From NCBI GenBank assembly GCA_025455225.1, contig JALOMY010000001.1, positions 1 to 44,560 of the forward strand: a DNA stretch of 44,560 nt, read 5' to 3'. Positions 16,512 to 25,962 of this stretch are shown piece by piece. The DNA comes from Cyclobacteriaceae bacterium. Its GTDB lineage: Bacteria; Bacteroidota; Bacteroidia; Cytophagales; Cyclobacteriaceae. The first letter of the stretch is position 1, and the number at the start of each line of letters is the position of its first letter. The position numbers and the translations under genes are program-made. Below the pieces are notes generated by a model, which was not told the DNA's origin, did no database searches, and worked only from the letters and a program-made list of their open reading frames with translations.

Positions 16512-19228
16512 ATTTCGAATCCGGATCATACAATAATAACTCTAAATCACAGCAAACAAAATCGGCTCTGGATGCGCGTGCGGTTCGGTTTACCATGCGG
16601 TTTCTGAATTGGTTTTGCCCGCCTGAGCTATATGAAGGCATTGAAGGCGATCTGCTCGAACAATTCGATTACGACTTACAACATTCAGGATTAGAGAAGG
16701 CCAAACGGAACCTGATTTGGAATATGTTGAAATTTTTCAGGCCTGGAATTTTTATGCGAAATCGATTCACAATTCAACTCATCAATACCATTATGTGGGG
16801 AAATTATTTAAAAGTGGCTACCCGGAATATAGCCAGAAGAAAACTCTATTCCTTTATTAACGCCATCGGATTGAGCATTGGAATAGCCTTTTGCATTCTT
16901 ATCTTTTTATATATAGACGATGAGAGAAGTTTTGACCAGTTCCATGAAAACAAGGATCAGATATACAGGTTGAATGAAGCCAGTTATAGTGTCTGGGCAG
17001 CCGAGCGTGGTGAATACCCAATGGAAAAATCGGCATACCTGCCTTTGCCGTTAGGCACAGCCTTGAAGAATGAAATTCCTGAGATTCAATACCTCACTCG
17101 TTTTAATTCAGGGCAAACAGCGATCTTCCGTTATGAGGATAAGGTATTTACAGAGCACATTGCTTTTGTTGAAGCCGACTTTTTTAAAATGTTTTCATTC
17201 CCTGTATTAGCCGGTTCCGCTGAACAATTGTTTAAGGATAAATATGAGATAGTACTGACTCCTGAAATTGCAACAAAATATTTTGGCAAAGAGGATCCGA
17301 TTGGTAAAGTAATTACCCTGGATATACAAGGAGAACATCAATTTACAGTTAGCGGTGTAATTGAGGAGCCTCCTTCCAATTCAAGCCTCTCATTCAAAAT
17401 TCTTGTTCCCATTGAGAATCAATTCTGGTACGAGCGAAATCGGGAGCAGTGGGGAAGTTTCAGTTATCCAACGTTCATACAACTTCATGCCAATACCAGC
17501 CCGGATGACTTTCAAGCCAAGGTCGATACCCTCATCAATAAGAAAATGGGTGATCGGTTAAAGCAATGGCGCAAGGACGGAAAAATACCAGATGAATATC
17601 CTGTATTTGAGTTAAGTTATACCAAACTGACAGACATTCATTTAAATACGGAAGTAAGCTGGGATAAAGTAAGCGATCCCAAATATTCATGGATACTGGG
17701 CGGTATAGCCTTGCTGATTATTCTTATCGCATCTATCAATTACATCTCACTCGCACTAACGACTTCAGCTTCAAGAAGGATAGAAGTGGGCATTCGAAAA
17801 GTTGTTGGTGCACAAAAGAAACAATTGGTTTCGCAGTTTGGATTAGAGTCGCTTATACTCGCGTTTGTTTCCTTGTTTATAGGTGTAGGTCTGGCCGTGC
17901 TATTCCTGCCTCCATTCAATGAATTTACCGGTAAAGGTATAAATATATACAGCGTTAATGCACTTCAGTTTATAGGTTCAGCCCTGCTCATAACGGTACT
18001 CGTGGGAATTGTTGCCGGAAGTTACCCTGCGCTTTTTCTATCGGGCTTTTTACCGGCTGCTGTGCTTAAGGGTGGCTTTACATCAAAGCTAAAAGCTGGA
18101 TTTACCAAGCCATTGGTTGTGTTTCAATTTTTTCTTTCTGCTTCCATGATCATTTGTTCTGTAGTCATGTATCGACAAATGGAATTTATTGCTGTAAAAG
18201 ATCTTGGGTTTGATCACGAGCAGGTGTTGGTTATTCCAACCCAGGCAGGATGGAACGAAGAGGCCGATAAAGTGGTGGAGCAATTCAGAAATAAGGCAAG
18301 TACTGAACCTTCCATAACACATGTAGCCGGAACCAGTTCATCGTTTAATCAGGGATGGTCGCGTTATGGTTATAAAATCAAGGATGAAAACAAGTCAGCT
18401 TATGTGTATCGGGTTGACCCTGCTTATGCTGAGTTACTGAATCTCGAGTTTGTGGAAGGAAGAAATTTTGACGAACGGATAGCCTCCGATAGTACAGCTA
18501 TAGTGGTAAATGAAGCACTAGTCCGCGATATGGGATGGGATAACCCACTCGATGAATATTTGAACTGGCGTGAGGATAGTGTTGGATTGGGATCGAAAGT
18601 AATTGGCGTGGTTAAAGATTATCATTTCCTTTCCCTGGAACGTGATATTGAACCTATGTTTTTATCAATGGATAAGCGTAACACAGGTTATTTAACTTCC
18701 ATGCTGGTAAAGGTAAACCCGGGTGATCTTTCCGATAAGCTTGACCGAGTAAAGAAAATCTGGACCGGATTGTACCCCGATAAGCCATTCGATTACTCAT
18801 TCATGGATCAGGATGTAGCCAATCAATATCAGGCCTATAAGCGTTGGATGAAAATCACGGCTTTGTCTACCGGCTTTGCCATTTTTATTGCTTGCCTGGG
18901 ATTATTTGGACTTGCGGGAGTTAATGCCATTAATCGCACCAAGGAGATCGGCATTCGAAAGGTAATGGGGGCAGAACTTTTCAGTATACTGTTTATGCTT
19001 AATCGTCAATATGTTTGGCTGGCCATTATAGCCTTTTCACTGGCCGCCCCAATTTCATGGTACGTAATGACCAAATGGCTGGGAAGCTTCAAATATGCCA
19101 TTACAATAAGTTGGGATTTGTTCGCAATTAGCTTGTTGGCAGGATTGAGCCTTGCCCTATTTACGGTGAGTTACCATGCCATTAAGGCCGCTAACGTTAA
19201 TCCGGCAGAGACATTGAAGTATGAATAA
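16508..19228 (+). CDS. ABC-transporter permease of the duplicated FtsX/MacB type, with an N-terminal permease-prefix domain
   Basis: 906 aa. It has an N-terminal cytoplasmic prefix. Two MacB-like periplasmic domains are each followed by an FtsX 3-TM module (...EIGIRKV.GA....L). No ATPase gene is adjacent. Confidence 0.85.
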   Translation: MNFESGSYNNNSKSQQTKSALDARAVRFTMRFLNWFCPPELYEGIEGDLLEQFDYDLQHSGLEKAKRNLIWNMLKFFRPGIFMRNRFTIQLINTIMWGNYLKVATRNIARRKLYSFINAIGLSIGIAFCILIFLYIDDERSFDQFHENKDQIYRLNEASYSVWAAERGEYPMEKSAYLPLPLGTALKNEIPEIQYLTRFNSGQTAIFRYEDKVFTEHIAFVEADFFKMFSFPVLAGSAEQLFKDKYEIVLTPEIATKYFGKEDPIGKVITLDIQGEHQFTVSGVIEEPPSNSSLSFKILVPIENQFWYERNREQWGSFSYPTFIQLHANTSPDDFQAKVDTLINKKMGDRLKQWRKDGKIPDEYPVFELSYTKLTDIHLNTEVSWDKVSDPKYSWILGGIALLIILIASINYISLALTTSASRRIEVGIRKVVGAQKKQLVSQFGLESLILAFVSLFIGVGLAVLFLPPFNEFTGKGINIYSVNALQFIGSALLITVLVGIVAGSYPALFLSGFLPAAVLKGGFTSKLKAGFTKPLVVFQFFLSASMIICSVVMYRQMEFIAVKDLGFDHEQVLVIPTQAGWNEEADKVVEQFRNKASTEPSITHVAGTSSSFNQGWSRYGYKIKDENKSAYVYRVDPAYAELLNLEFVEGRNFDERIASDSTAIVVNEALVRDMGWDNPLDEYLNWREDSVGLGSKVIGVVKDYHFLSLERDIEPMFLSMDKRNTGYLTSMLVKVNPGDLSDKLDRVKKIWTGLYPDKPFDYSFMDQDVANQYQAYKRWMKITALSTGFAIFIACLGLFGLAGVNAINRTKEIGIRKVMGAELFSILFMLNRQYVWLAIIAFSLAAPISWYVMTKWLGSFKYAITISWDLFAISLLAGLSLALFTVSYHAIKAANVNPAETLKYE

Positions 19229-19286
19229 TCACTCAATTAATTACATGAGGTTTTGACCGTGATTATTCACTCGGTATCTTTTGAGA

Positions 19287-19676
19287 ATGAAAGTTTTTGA
19301 GAAAGAAATTGTTGTTCAGGAAAGTGATATTGATAATCTAAGACACGTTAATAATGTTGTATACCTGCAATGGGTTCAGGATGTAGCCTCAGCACATTGG
19401 ATAACCATTGCTTCCGAAGAAATGAAGGAAAAATATGCCTGGGTGGTTCTTAAGCATGAGATTGAATATATGGGACAGGCATTTTTAGGTGATCGTATTC
19501 ATGTTAAGACCTGGGTGGAATGGTCAGAAGGATTTCGTTCTGAACGGCAGGTTGAATTCAGAAATTTGACCAACAAAAAATTATTGGTAAAAGCAAAAAC
19601 TACCTGGTGCCTGCTCGATGGAAAAAGCATGAAGCCCCGTAAGATTGAAGAGGATATAAAAACGATCTTTCATTAA
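19287..19676 (+). CDS. acyl-CoA thioesterase, hotdog fold (4HBT/YbgC-like)
   Basis: About 129 aa with V...DID.L.HVNNVVYLQW. I prefer the ATG at 19287 over the TTG at 19281. Confidence 0.8.
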   Translation: MKVFEKEIVVQESDIDNLRHVNNVVYLQWVQDVASAHWITIASEEMKEKYAWVVLKHEIEYMGQAFLGDRIHVKTWVEWSEGFRSERQVEFRNLTNKKLLVKAKTTWCLLDGKSMKPRKIEEDIKTIFH

Positions 19677-20593
19677 CCCAGAACTTCTCGGATCATTCTT
19701 TTGCGCATTCCATCATCCGGAAGGCGTCCGAAACCGGCCTTGCAATTATCCAGCATATGATGTGGCTTGGATGTACCTGGGATAACACAGGTAACGGCAG
19801 GATGTGAAACAATAAACTTAAGAAAGAATTGTCCCCAGCTTGAACAATCAATTTCACTTGCCCAGTCGGGTAGAGGTTTACCCTTGATGCGGCTAAACAG
19901 AATTCCTTCTTCAAACGGACGGTTAATTAATACACCAATCTTCCTTTCCTGTGCTAATGGAAAAAGACGCTCTTCCGCTTTACGACTGAGTATTGAATAA
20001 TTGATTTGAAGAAAATCTACAGGGTTACTTTTTATAATTTGTTCGATCTGATTATACGCACTTTCTGTATAATGAGTAATACCCGTGTACCGGATTTTCC
20101 CCTGTTCTTTCCAGTCCCTTAAGGTTTTGAGGTGGGTTTGCCAGTCAAGCAAGTTATGGATTTGCATTAAATCAATTTGTTTCCTGCGCAGTAAGAGAAA
20201 GGAATCAGTCATTTGGCGTACACCGGCTTCTTTTCCGCTTGTCCATACTTTGGTTGCAATAAAAAGTTTTTCATTCAGGCCAGTCTCACTTGACAAATCG
20301 CCAACGACTTTTTCGGATTGGCCGTACATGGGTGAGCTATCAACAACACGCCCATAGTTTTCAACCAGGGTGCGCAGAACTTCCCTTAAAGGGTTTAATG
20401 CATCAGGAGAGGAGTCTACATCGAAAGTTTGCCAGGTTCCAAGCCCGATTACGGGTAACTCTTCTCCGGATAAAAGTGACCGGGTGATCATTTTGGTTGG
20501 AGTTGCTGTATTCAAAAATGACAGAAATGGCGCGGCACTTAATGCTGCGAGTTGATGAAGGTAATTTCTTCGTGATATCCTGACTTCCGTCAC
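19673..20593 (-). CDS. aldo/keto reductase with a twin-arginine (Tat) signal peptide
   Basis: 306 aa. The N-terminus reads ISRRNYLHQLAALSAAPFL (S-R-R-x-[FY]-L plus an h-region). AKR core motifs follow: GLGTW, D.SP.YG.SE, Y.GI..., LQINYS. Confidence 0.8.
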   Translation of the reverse strand: MTEVRISRRNYLHQLAALSAAPFLSFLNTATPTKMITRSLLSGEELPVIGLGTWQTFDVDSSPDALNPLREVLRTLVENYGRVVDSSPMYGQSEKVVGDLSSETGLNEKLFIATKVWTSGKEAGVRQMTDSFLLLRRKQIDLMQIHNLLDWQTHLKTLRDWKEQGKIRYTGITHYTESAYNQIEQIIKSNPVDFLQINYSILSRKAEERLFPLAQERKIGVLINRPFEEGILFSRIKGKPLPDWASEIDCSSWGQFFLKFIVSHPAVTCVIPGTSKPHHMLDNCKAGFGRLPDDGMRKRMIREVLG

Positions 20594-20595
20594 TG

Positions 20596-21114
20596 CTATT
20601 TAGGTGGATAGTTTTTCAGCAACTTGGTTATACCGCGTCTGATGTTTTTTTCAGATAAATCCGGAGTGGATTCCAGATATCCCAAAGCCTGGCTTTGCCA
20701 CACTACCTCACTTGTTTTATGGTCAACCATATGAATGATGATTGTACCTTTTGTGAGAATTAGTTCTTCCGGATCCATGAACGTCATCCGGTAATAATAA
20801 GGTTCATCTTCCCGGTTATGATATGTAATCACTTTTTCATTTTCGATTGTGATGTGAAAATCAACCAGTAAGTCAGGTTCCTGGTCAGTATAGGTTAATC
20901 CTTTTTTCTGAAGATTATCGATGATTGCTTCTTTTACCCTGGCCTGAATGATGGTGTCATTCATGTATTCCGGTCCGGTAAAAGTAAATTGGCAGCCCTC
21001 CAGCCAGCAAAAGGATTTATATTGATTATAATCGATCTGGTGATTGTATGAACTCTGGATGGCACTGCAACCTGAAATTATTAAAATCAATAAAATGAAA
21101 TGAAAGACCTTCAT
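20596..21114 (-). CDS. DUF4136-like lipoprotein
   Basis: The lipoprotein signal is MKVFHFILLILIISGC-S. The C-terminal pattern GT.II.MVD.KT.EVVWQS is typical of DUF4136. I prefer the ATG at 21114. Confidence 0.65.
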   Translation of the reverse strand: MKVFHFILLILIISGCSAIQSSYNHQIDYNQYKSFCWLEGCQFTFTGPEYMNDTIIQARVKEAIIDNLQKKGLTYTDQEPDLLVDFHITIENEKVITYHNREDEPYYYRMTFMDPEELILTKGTIIIHMVDHKTSEVVWQSQALGYLESTPDLSEKNIRRGITKLLKNYPPK

Positions 21115-21190
21115 AGTACACAAGTACGTAACATCAAGGCAAATGAAAAAAGTTTATAAAGTAAAAGATCAGATGATCTTTATCAGGTCA

Positions 21191-24100
21191 TCAGGCCAAT
21201 TCGCGCAAATCAACGGGTACCACTTTTGATACACCTTTTTCTACCATGGTGATGCCATAAATTACATCCGTTGATGTCATGGTGCGCTTATTATGCGTTA
21301 CAATAACAAATTGCGAGTCCTTGCTGAACGTACGGATAATGTTATTAAACTTATCGATGTTGGCATCATCCAACGGAGCATCCACCTCATCAAAAATACA
21401 GAATGGTGCAGGCTTTAACAGGTACATGGAGAACAACAAGGCGGTAGCGGTCAGGGTTTTTTCTCCACCCGATAACTGGTTGATGGTAAGCGGGCGTTTG
21501 CCTTTCGGTTTTGCCATGATATCTATTTCAGATTCAAGCGGGTTATTCGGATCAACCAGTTTCAGGTCGCAATCATCTTCTTCATTAAACAAGGAACGGA
21601 ATACGCGTTTGAAATGATCGCGTATCTGATTAAAAGCTTCCATGAATGTAACGCTGGCAGCGCCTTCAATCTCAGTAATGGTGCTGAGCAGCGATTCTTT
21701 TGCCTTGGTTAAGTCTTCTTTCTGAGCAATAATAAAGTCATTCCGCTCTTTGATTTCCGTATAGGCTTCCATCGCCATCGGATTGATGGGCCCCATATTG
21801 TCCAATCGTTCGCGAATGCGCGAAACTTCCTGGCGAAGTTTTTCTTCATTTAATGAGGCTAATGTTTCGGATTCTTCCGGGGTGGCTTGTTCAGTCAGTG
21901 CATCCAGGTCAACATTAAATTCAACGGACAATCGCTCTTTAACAGAATTTAGCTGAAGCTTGCTTTCATTTAACTGATTCTGAAGCTCCATGAGGAGATT
22001 GTCAATCGTGTTTCGTGCATGCTGCACTTCACGTAAGTCTTTCTCCAGTTGGTCGATATCACCACGGGTTTGATAATAATCCTTTTCTGCTTCATTGAGG
22101 CCTTTTTCCATCTCCTCTTTTTCCGCATACATGGCAATGAGTTCATTATCGTTGGCGTGCGTGCTTTCGATAATGCCTTTGATTTCTTCTTCGTTTTTCT
22201 TCAGTTCTTCCAAATTGAGTTCAATGCGTTGGCTGCTTTGCTCCATCGATTCCTGCTTGAACCGGATTTCCTGATCAATGCTTTTAACCCGGTTTTCCTG
22301 TTGGTGGAAAAAGATGTTTTGTTCATTGAACGCTGCTGATTTTTGACTCAGAAGATCGTTTTGAGAAGATAACTTCCCGGTAATTTCACTCATCTGGGTT
22401 TCGTGCAGCAACACATCGTGGTTCAGTTGCTGGGCCCTCGGTTTTAATTCATCCAATTCTTTGAGCAGCGAGTCTATTTTCTCCAGTATATCTTCCCTGC
22501 GTAAATCAGAATTGCTGAGCAACTGGGAGAACTGTTCGCTTTTTGTGCGGATGGATACATATTCTTCATTGGTCTGCCGGATTGAATTCTGTATTTCTTC
22601 AATCTGCTGACGAATGGTGTGGTTGCGAAGTTTCTCCAGGTCGGACTGGCGCTGTACCAGGCTTTCACGTGTTGTGTTCAGCTTACCGGTTAATTCACGG
22701 ATTTCCTTATCAAGTTTTTCAAGATTTTTTGCGCGGCCAATTCGTTTACCTTCAAACAATCCTACTGAACCTCCCGAGAGGCTAAATCTGCGTTTTGTGA
22801 ATTTTCCACTCTTTGTAATAAAGATGTTGTCGTCCTCAGCAGGAATTCCCTTAATATCTCCGCCTTCATAGATATACACCCGGTCGAGAATAAACGACAT
22901 TAACTTGCGGTACTTCGGATCGAATTCAATGATCTGAGTTGCTGGAAAGGCATTGTCGTAAATTCGGGTAGGCGTGGGATCAAATTTTTCAAAGGCATCA
23001 AGAATGAAGAAGTTGGCTTTTCCTTTCGAGGCATCACTCAGAATATTGATGGCTTCATAGGCTTCTGATTCATGATCAACAATGTAATAGTTCAGATAGG
23101 ATTCAAGGTAATTTTCAATCGGAACCCGGTACTCTTCCGGACAGGTAAGTATATCCGAAAGCAAGGGTGCATTTTTAGCGATTCTTTTTTTCAGGAATTT
23201 GATCGCTTCCGGAAAACCTTCCAGGTTTTCAACAAGTGATTTGGTTAAATTATACTCGTTTTGTCGTGCATCCAGTTTGCGACTGATGGAAGTAAGCTCT
23301 TCACGGATCATTTCGATGGTTTTCTCCATTGATGAAATGCGACCCAGCGTATCTTCTTCTTCCCTTTTCAGGCTTTCCAATAATTCGTTTTTCTTGTTGA
23401 TTTCTTCCTGCAACTCAACCAGTTTCTTTTCAAACTCAACCAGGCTTGCGCTTTGCTGGCTTGTATCCGAAGCTGTACGTTCAAGTTCCTGCTTAAATGA
23501 GTTTATCTGAATTTCACGAATTTCAACCGCCTTATTAATCTGAAAGCTTTCTTCCTGCTTTGTACGCTGTACTTGTCGGAGTGAATCAACTTCAGATTGC
23601 AATGAAGCGGTAACTGTTTTTTGTTCTTCGTATTCTGCTTTTAATGAATCAAGCTTTTGAGTTATTTCTGTTAAAATAAGTTGTGCTGATTCCTTTTCGG
23701 ATTCCAGGCTTTGTATACTGAAGCGGGCGCGTTCATTGCTCTTTTTATCCTGGTCGATTTGTTCTTTGAGGTTGCTGATCCGGTCGTTCAGGTATTTTAA
23801 TCGCTCGTTCTTGATTTGCTTGTCGCTTTCGTATTGCCTGATTCGTGATACAAATTCATTTATAGACTTTTGCCTTGATGAAAGTGTCTTTTCCTTACCA
23901 ATTAAATCGGCTTTAGCTTGTTCAATGGAGGCTTCCTTGTCTGCTGTAGAGCTGGTTAATTCCAGCTTACGGTCATTTTCATCCTGGATACGCTTTTGAA
24001 TGGAATCATGCCTTGATTTCTGCTGATTAACAACCACTTTGGCGAGTGTAATGCTTTTTTCTTTGTACTCGTCCTTAATGCGGTAATAGGTTTCGGTTTG

Positions 24101-24730
24101 TTTTGCCTGTTTTTCAAGGCTTTTCATATTCTTTTCGATTTCGAAAAGAAGATCCTCAACACGTTCCAGGTCGGCATCTGTGTCTTCCAGTTTTTTAAGC
24201 GTTTCTTTTTTACGCTTTTTAAACTTGGATATACCAGCCGCTTCCTCGAACAACATTCTTCGGGAGTTATCCTTGTCGTTCAGCAAATCATCAACCATGC
24301 CTAACTCAATGATCGCATAGCTGTTGGATGCGATACCGGTATCCATAAAAAGATTGGTGATGTCTTTCAACCGGCAGGTAACGCCATTCAATAAGTATTC
24401 ACTTTCACCCGAACGATAAAGTCTGCGGGTTATCGTTACCTGTGAGTATTCGGTAGGAAGAATATTTTTGGTGTTATTAATCGTAAGTGATACTTCGGCC
24501 ATCTGCAACGGAGATCTTCCGCTGGTTCCGTTGAAGATCACGTTCTCCATTTTTTCTGAACGAAGGGCACTTGTCTTTTGCTCACCCAGTACCCATCGAA
24601 TGGAGTCAACAATATTGGATTTTCCGCATCCGTTCGGGCCTACGATACCGGTAATTCCTTCATCAAAATTGATAACGATTTTGTCTGCAAAACTCTTAAA
24701 TCCTTTAATCTCCAGCTTGGCTAATTGCAT
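21191..24730 (-). CDS. smc: chromosome segregation protein SMC
   Basis: About 1179 aa. It has the N-terminal Walker A (KGFKSF...GPNGCGKSN). Long coiled coils flank a hinge. The C-terminus has LSGGEK and Walker B (FCIFDEVDAPLD). I prefer the start at MQLAKLEIKGF (24730) over 24775. Confidence 0.95.
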   Translation of the reverse strand: MQLAKLEIKGFKSFADKIVINFDEGITGIVGPNGCGKSNIVDSIRWVLGEQKTSALRSEKMENVIFNGTSGRSPLQMAEVSLTINNTKNILPTEYSQVTITRRLYRSGESEYLLNGVTCRLKDITNLFMDTGIASNSYAIIELGMVDDLLNDKDNSRRMLFEEAAGISKFKKRKKETLKKLEDTDADLERVEDLLFEIEKNMKSLEKQAKQTETYYRIKDEYKEKSITLAKVVVNQQKSRHDSIQKRIQDENDRKLELTSSTADKEASIEQAKADLIGKEKTLSSRQKSINEFVSRIRQYESDKQIKNERLKYLNDRISNLKEQIDQDKKSNERARFSIQSLESEKESAQLILTEITQKLDSLKAEYEEQKTVTASLQSEVDSLRQVQRTKQEESFQINKAVEIREIQINSFKQELERTASDTSQQSASLVEFEKKLVELQEEINKKNELLESLKREEEDTLGRISSMEKTIEMIREELTSISRKLDARQNEYNLTKSLVENLEGFPEAIKFLKKRIAKNAPLLSDILTCPEEYRVPIENYLESYLNYYIVDHESEAYEAINILSDASKGKANFFILDAFEKFDPTPTRIYDNAFPATQIIEFDPKYRKLMSFILDRVYIYEGGDIKGIPAEDDNIFITKSGKFTKRRFSLSGGSVGLFEGKRIGRAKNLEKLDKEIRELTGKLNTTRESLVQRQSDLEKLRNHTIRQQIEEIQNSIRQTNEEYVSIRTKSEQFSQLLSNSDLRREDILEKIDSLLKELDELKPRAQQLNHDVLLHETQMSEITGKLSSQNDLLSQKSAAFNEQNIFFHQQENRVKSIDQEIRFKQESMEQSSQRIELNLEELKKNEEEIKGIIESTHANDNELIAMYAEKEEMEKGLNEAEKDYYQTRGDIDQLEKDLREVQHARNTIDNLLMELQNQLNESKLQLNSVKERLSVEFNVDLDALTEQATPEESETLASLNEEKLRQEVSRIRERLDNMGPINPMAMEAYTEIKERNDFIIAQKEDLTKAKESLLSTITEIEGAASVTFMEAFNQIRDHFKRVFRSLFNEEDDCDLKLVDPNNPLESEIDIMAKPKGKRPLTINQLSGGEKTLTATALLFSMYLLKPAPFCIFDEVDAPLDDANIDKFNNIIRTFSKDSQFVIVTHNKRTMTSTDVIYGITMVEKGVSKVVPVDLRELA

Positions 24731-24881
24731 GAAATAGGGTCGTAATAGTGGTTGTTTAAAAAATGAAGGCAGCAAAGTTAAGATGAATTAAGCAGATGCC
24801 AAACGCGATCAACGGGTATTGTGTCAAACCATCGCAAGATTCCAAAAACCGCCCAAATTCGTGTTAATTCAAGATTTTTAA

Positions 24882-24889
24882 TACATTTG
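24882..24889 (+). promoter_or_regulatory. candidate -7 promoter element (TACATTTG = TAnnTTTG)
   Basis: An exact TAnnTTTG match ends only 5 nt before the ATG at 24895. This implies a very short or absent 5' UTR. Confidence 0.3.
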
Positions 24890-24894
24890 TTACT

Positions 24895-25473
24895 ATGGAC
24901 GATTTTCAATTTTGGCTCTATGTAATTATTGGTGTGATCTACCTGATCAGCCAGGTAAGAAAGAAATCAAAAGCCGGTCAGGAGCTTCCACCGGAGCGTC
25001 CACAACCTCGACAGAAAACAAAACCCCAAACCTCCTGGAAATCAGAAGAAGTAACTACAGCGCCCTCCAACAAGCCCATAACCTTTGAAGAATTATTAAA
25101 GGAAATAACGGCTTCAAAAGAAAAACCGGTTACTGAAACCAAGTCTTATGAAGATTATCAACCCGAATATGAAGATTATGACGATCGGGTTGAGGATGAA
25201 ATCAAGGATATAGAAGAAGAAGCGGTTACTTATCCTCAGAAGGATTCTATTTATAAGCAATTTGAAGAAGCGAAATACAAAGATTATACAAAGGATACGT
25301 TAGAGGAGTCACTTAAACTCGAGAATGTGAATATGAATTACGGCAGATTCAAGGAGTTTGAAAGCAAAAAAGAAGTGAATCTATTGGAAGCATATGCCGG
25401 TGACCTGAGAAATCCGGAAGGATTAAAAAAGGCCTTTGTTCTCTCTGAGATTTTTAACCGGAAAGAATTCTGA
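24895..25473 (+). CDS. hypothetical membrane-anchored acidic protein
   Basis: 192 aa with a single N-terminal TM (FWLYVIIGVIYLI), a Pro/Lys then Glu/Asp/Tyr-rich body, and a C-terminal ...KKAFVLSEIFNRKEF. Confidence 0.6.
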   Translation: MDDFQFWLYVIIGVIYLISQVRKKSKAGQELPPERPQPRQKTKPQTSWKSEEVTTAPSNKPITFEELLKEITASKEKPVTETKSYEDYQPEYEDYDDRVEDEIKDIEEEAVTYPQKDSIYKQFEEAKYKDYTKDTLEESLKLENVNMNYGRFKEFESKKEVNLLEAYAGDLRNPEGLKKAFVLSEIFNRKEF

Positions 25474-25622
25474 TGCTTTACGTTAGGATTCCAAAGCGAT
25501 TGATGTTCAAATGCCTGGGATAAGGAAATACTAATTTTTGAGTTAACGCAAATAGAACAGGTTGCATTAAATATTTGAAAACAATTCAGTTCGAGCGTAT
25601 TTTTTTTTATTTTTCACTTTAA

Positions 25623-25952
25623 ATGAAATATTCTAAAACATTACTGATGAGTAGTTTCTTGTTCCTGGGATTTACCCTTTCAGGTAATGCCCAAGCCAGG
25701 AATTGCACCATTGAAGCAACTACGACAACTGTCAATCCACAGGCAGGCAGAAATGATGGCCGCATTGAATTCAACTTCACTGATAAATCGCGTACGTATA
25801 AGATTTACCTCATTAACCGGAATCCGGATGAGGCAAAAAAGCCACTCAGGGGAGTGGAGTTGAGGGATTTGAAGGCCGGTTTTTATGATTTTGTAATTGT
25901 TGATAATGAGGGGTGTTCAAAGCAAATAACAGTAGTCTTAAAAGGTAATTAA
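25623..25952 (+). CDS. small secreted protein with a single SprB-like repeat
   Basis: 109 aa with a signal peptide (LFLGFTLSGNAQA). Then comes NC...NPQAGRNDGRIEF.F......Y.IYL...GFYDFVIVDNEGCS, the same Cys...DG.I...Cys module as the repeats in the downstream giant gene. Its stop codon ends 10 nt upstream of that gene. Confidence 0.7.
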   Translation: MKYSKTLLMSSFLFLGFTLSGNAQARNCTIEATTTTVNPQAGRNDGRIEFNFTDKSRTYKIYLINRNPDEAKKPLRGVELRDLKAGFYDFVIVDNEGCSKQITVVLKGN

Positions 25953-25962
25953 ACGACAGAGG

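Noticed and set aside
19673-19676. Convergent gene pairs overlapping on the tetranucleotide TTAA (19673-19676 and 33246-33249), considered as possible transposon target-site scars. Gaps of 2-6 nt also occur at 750/757, 13068/13073 and 39081/39084.
   Set aside because: TTAA is simply two overlapping complementary TAA stop codons. There are no inverted repeats or mobile-element genes nearby, so this reflects genome compaction rather than insertion events.
24731-24775. The 15-codon N-terminal extension of SMC (MLPSFFKQPLLRPYF).
   Set aside because: SMC proteins begin directly at the M.L..L.I.GFKSF strand preceding Walker A, and the internal ATG at 24730 gives exactly that.
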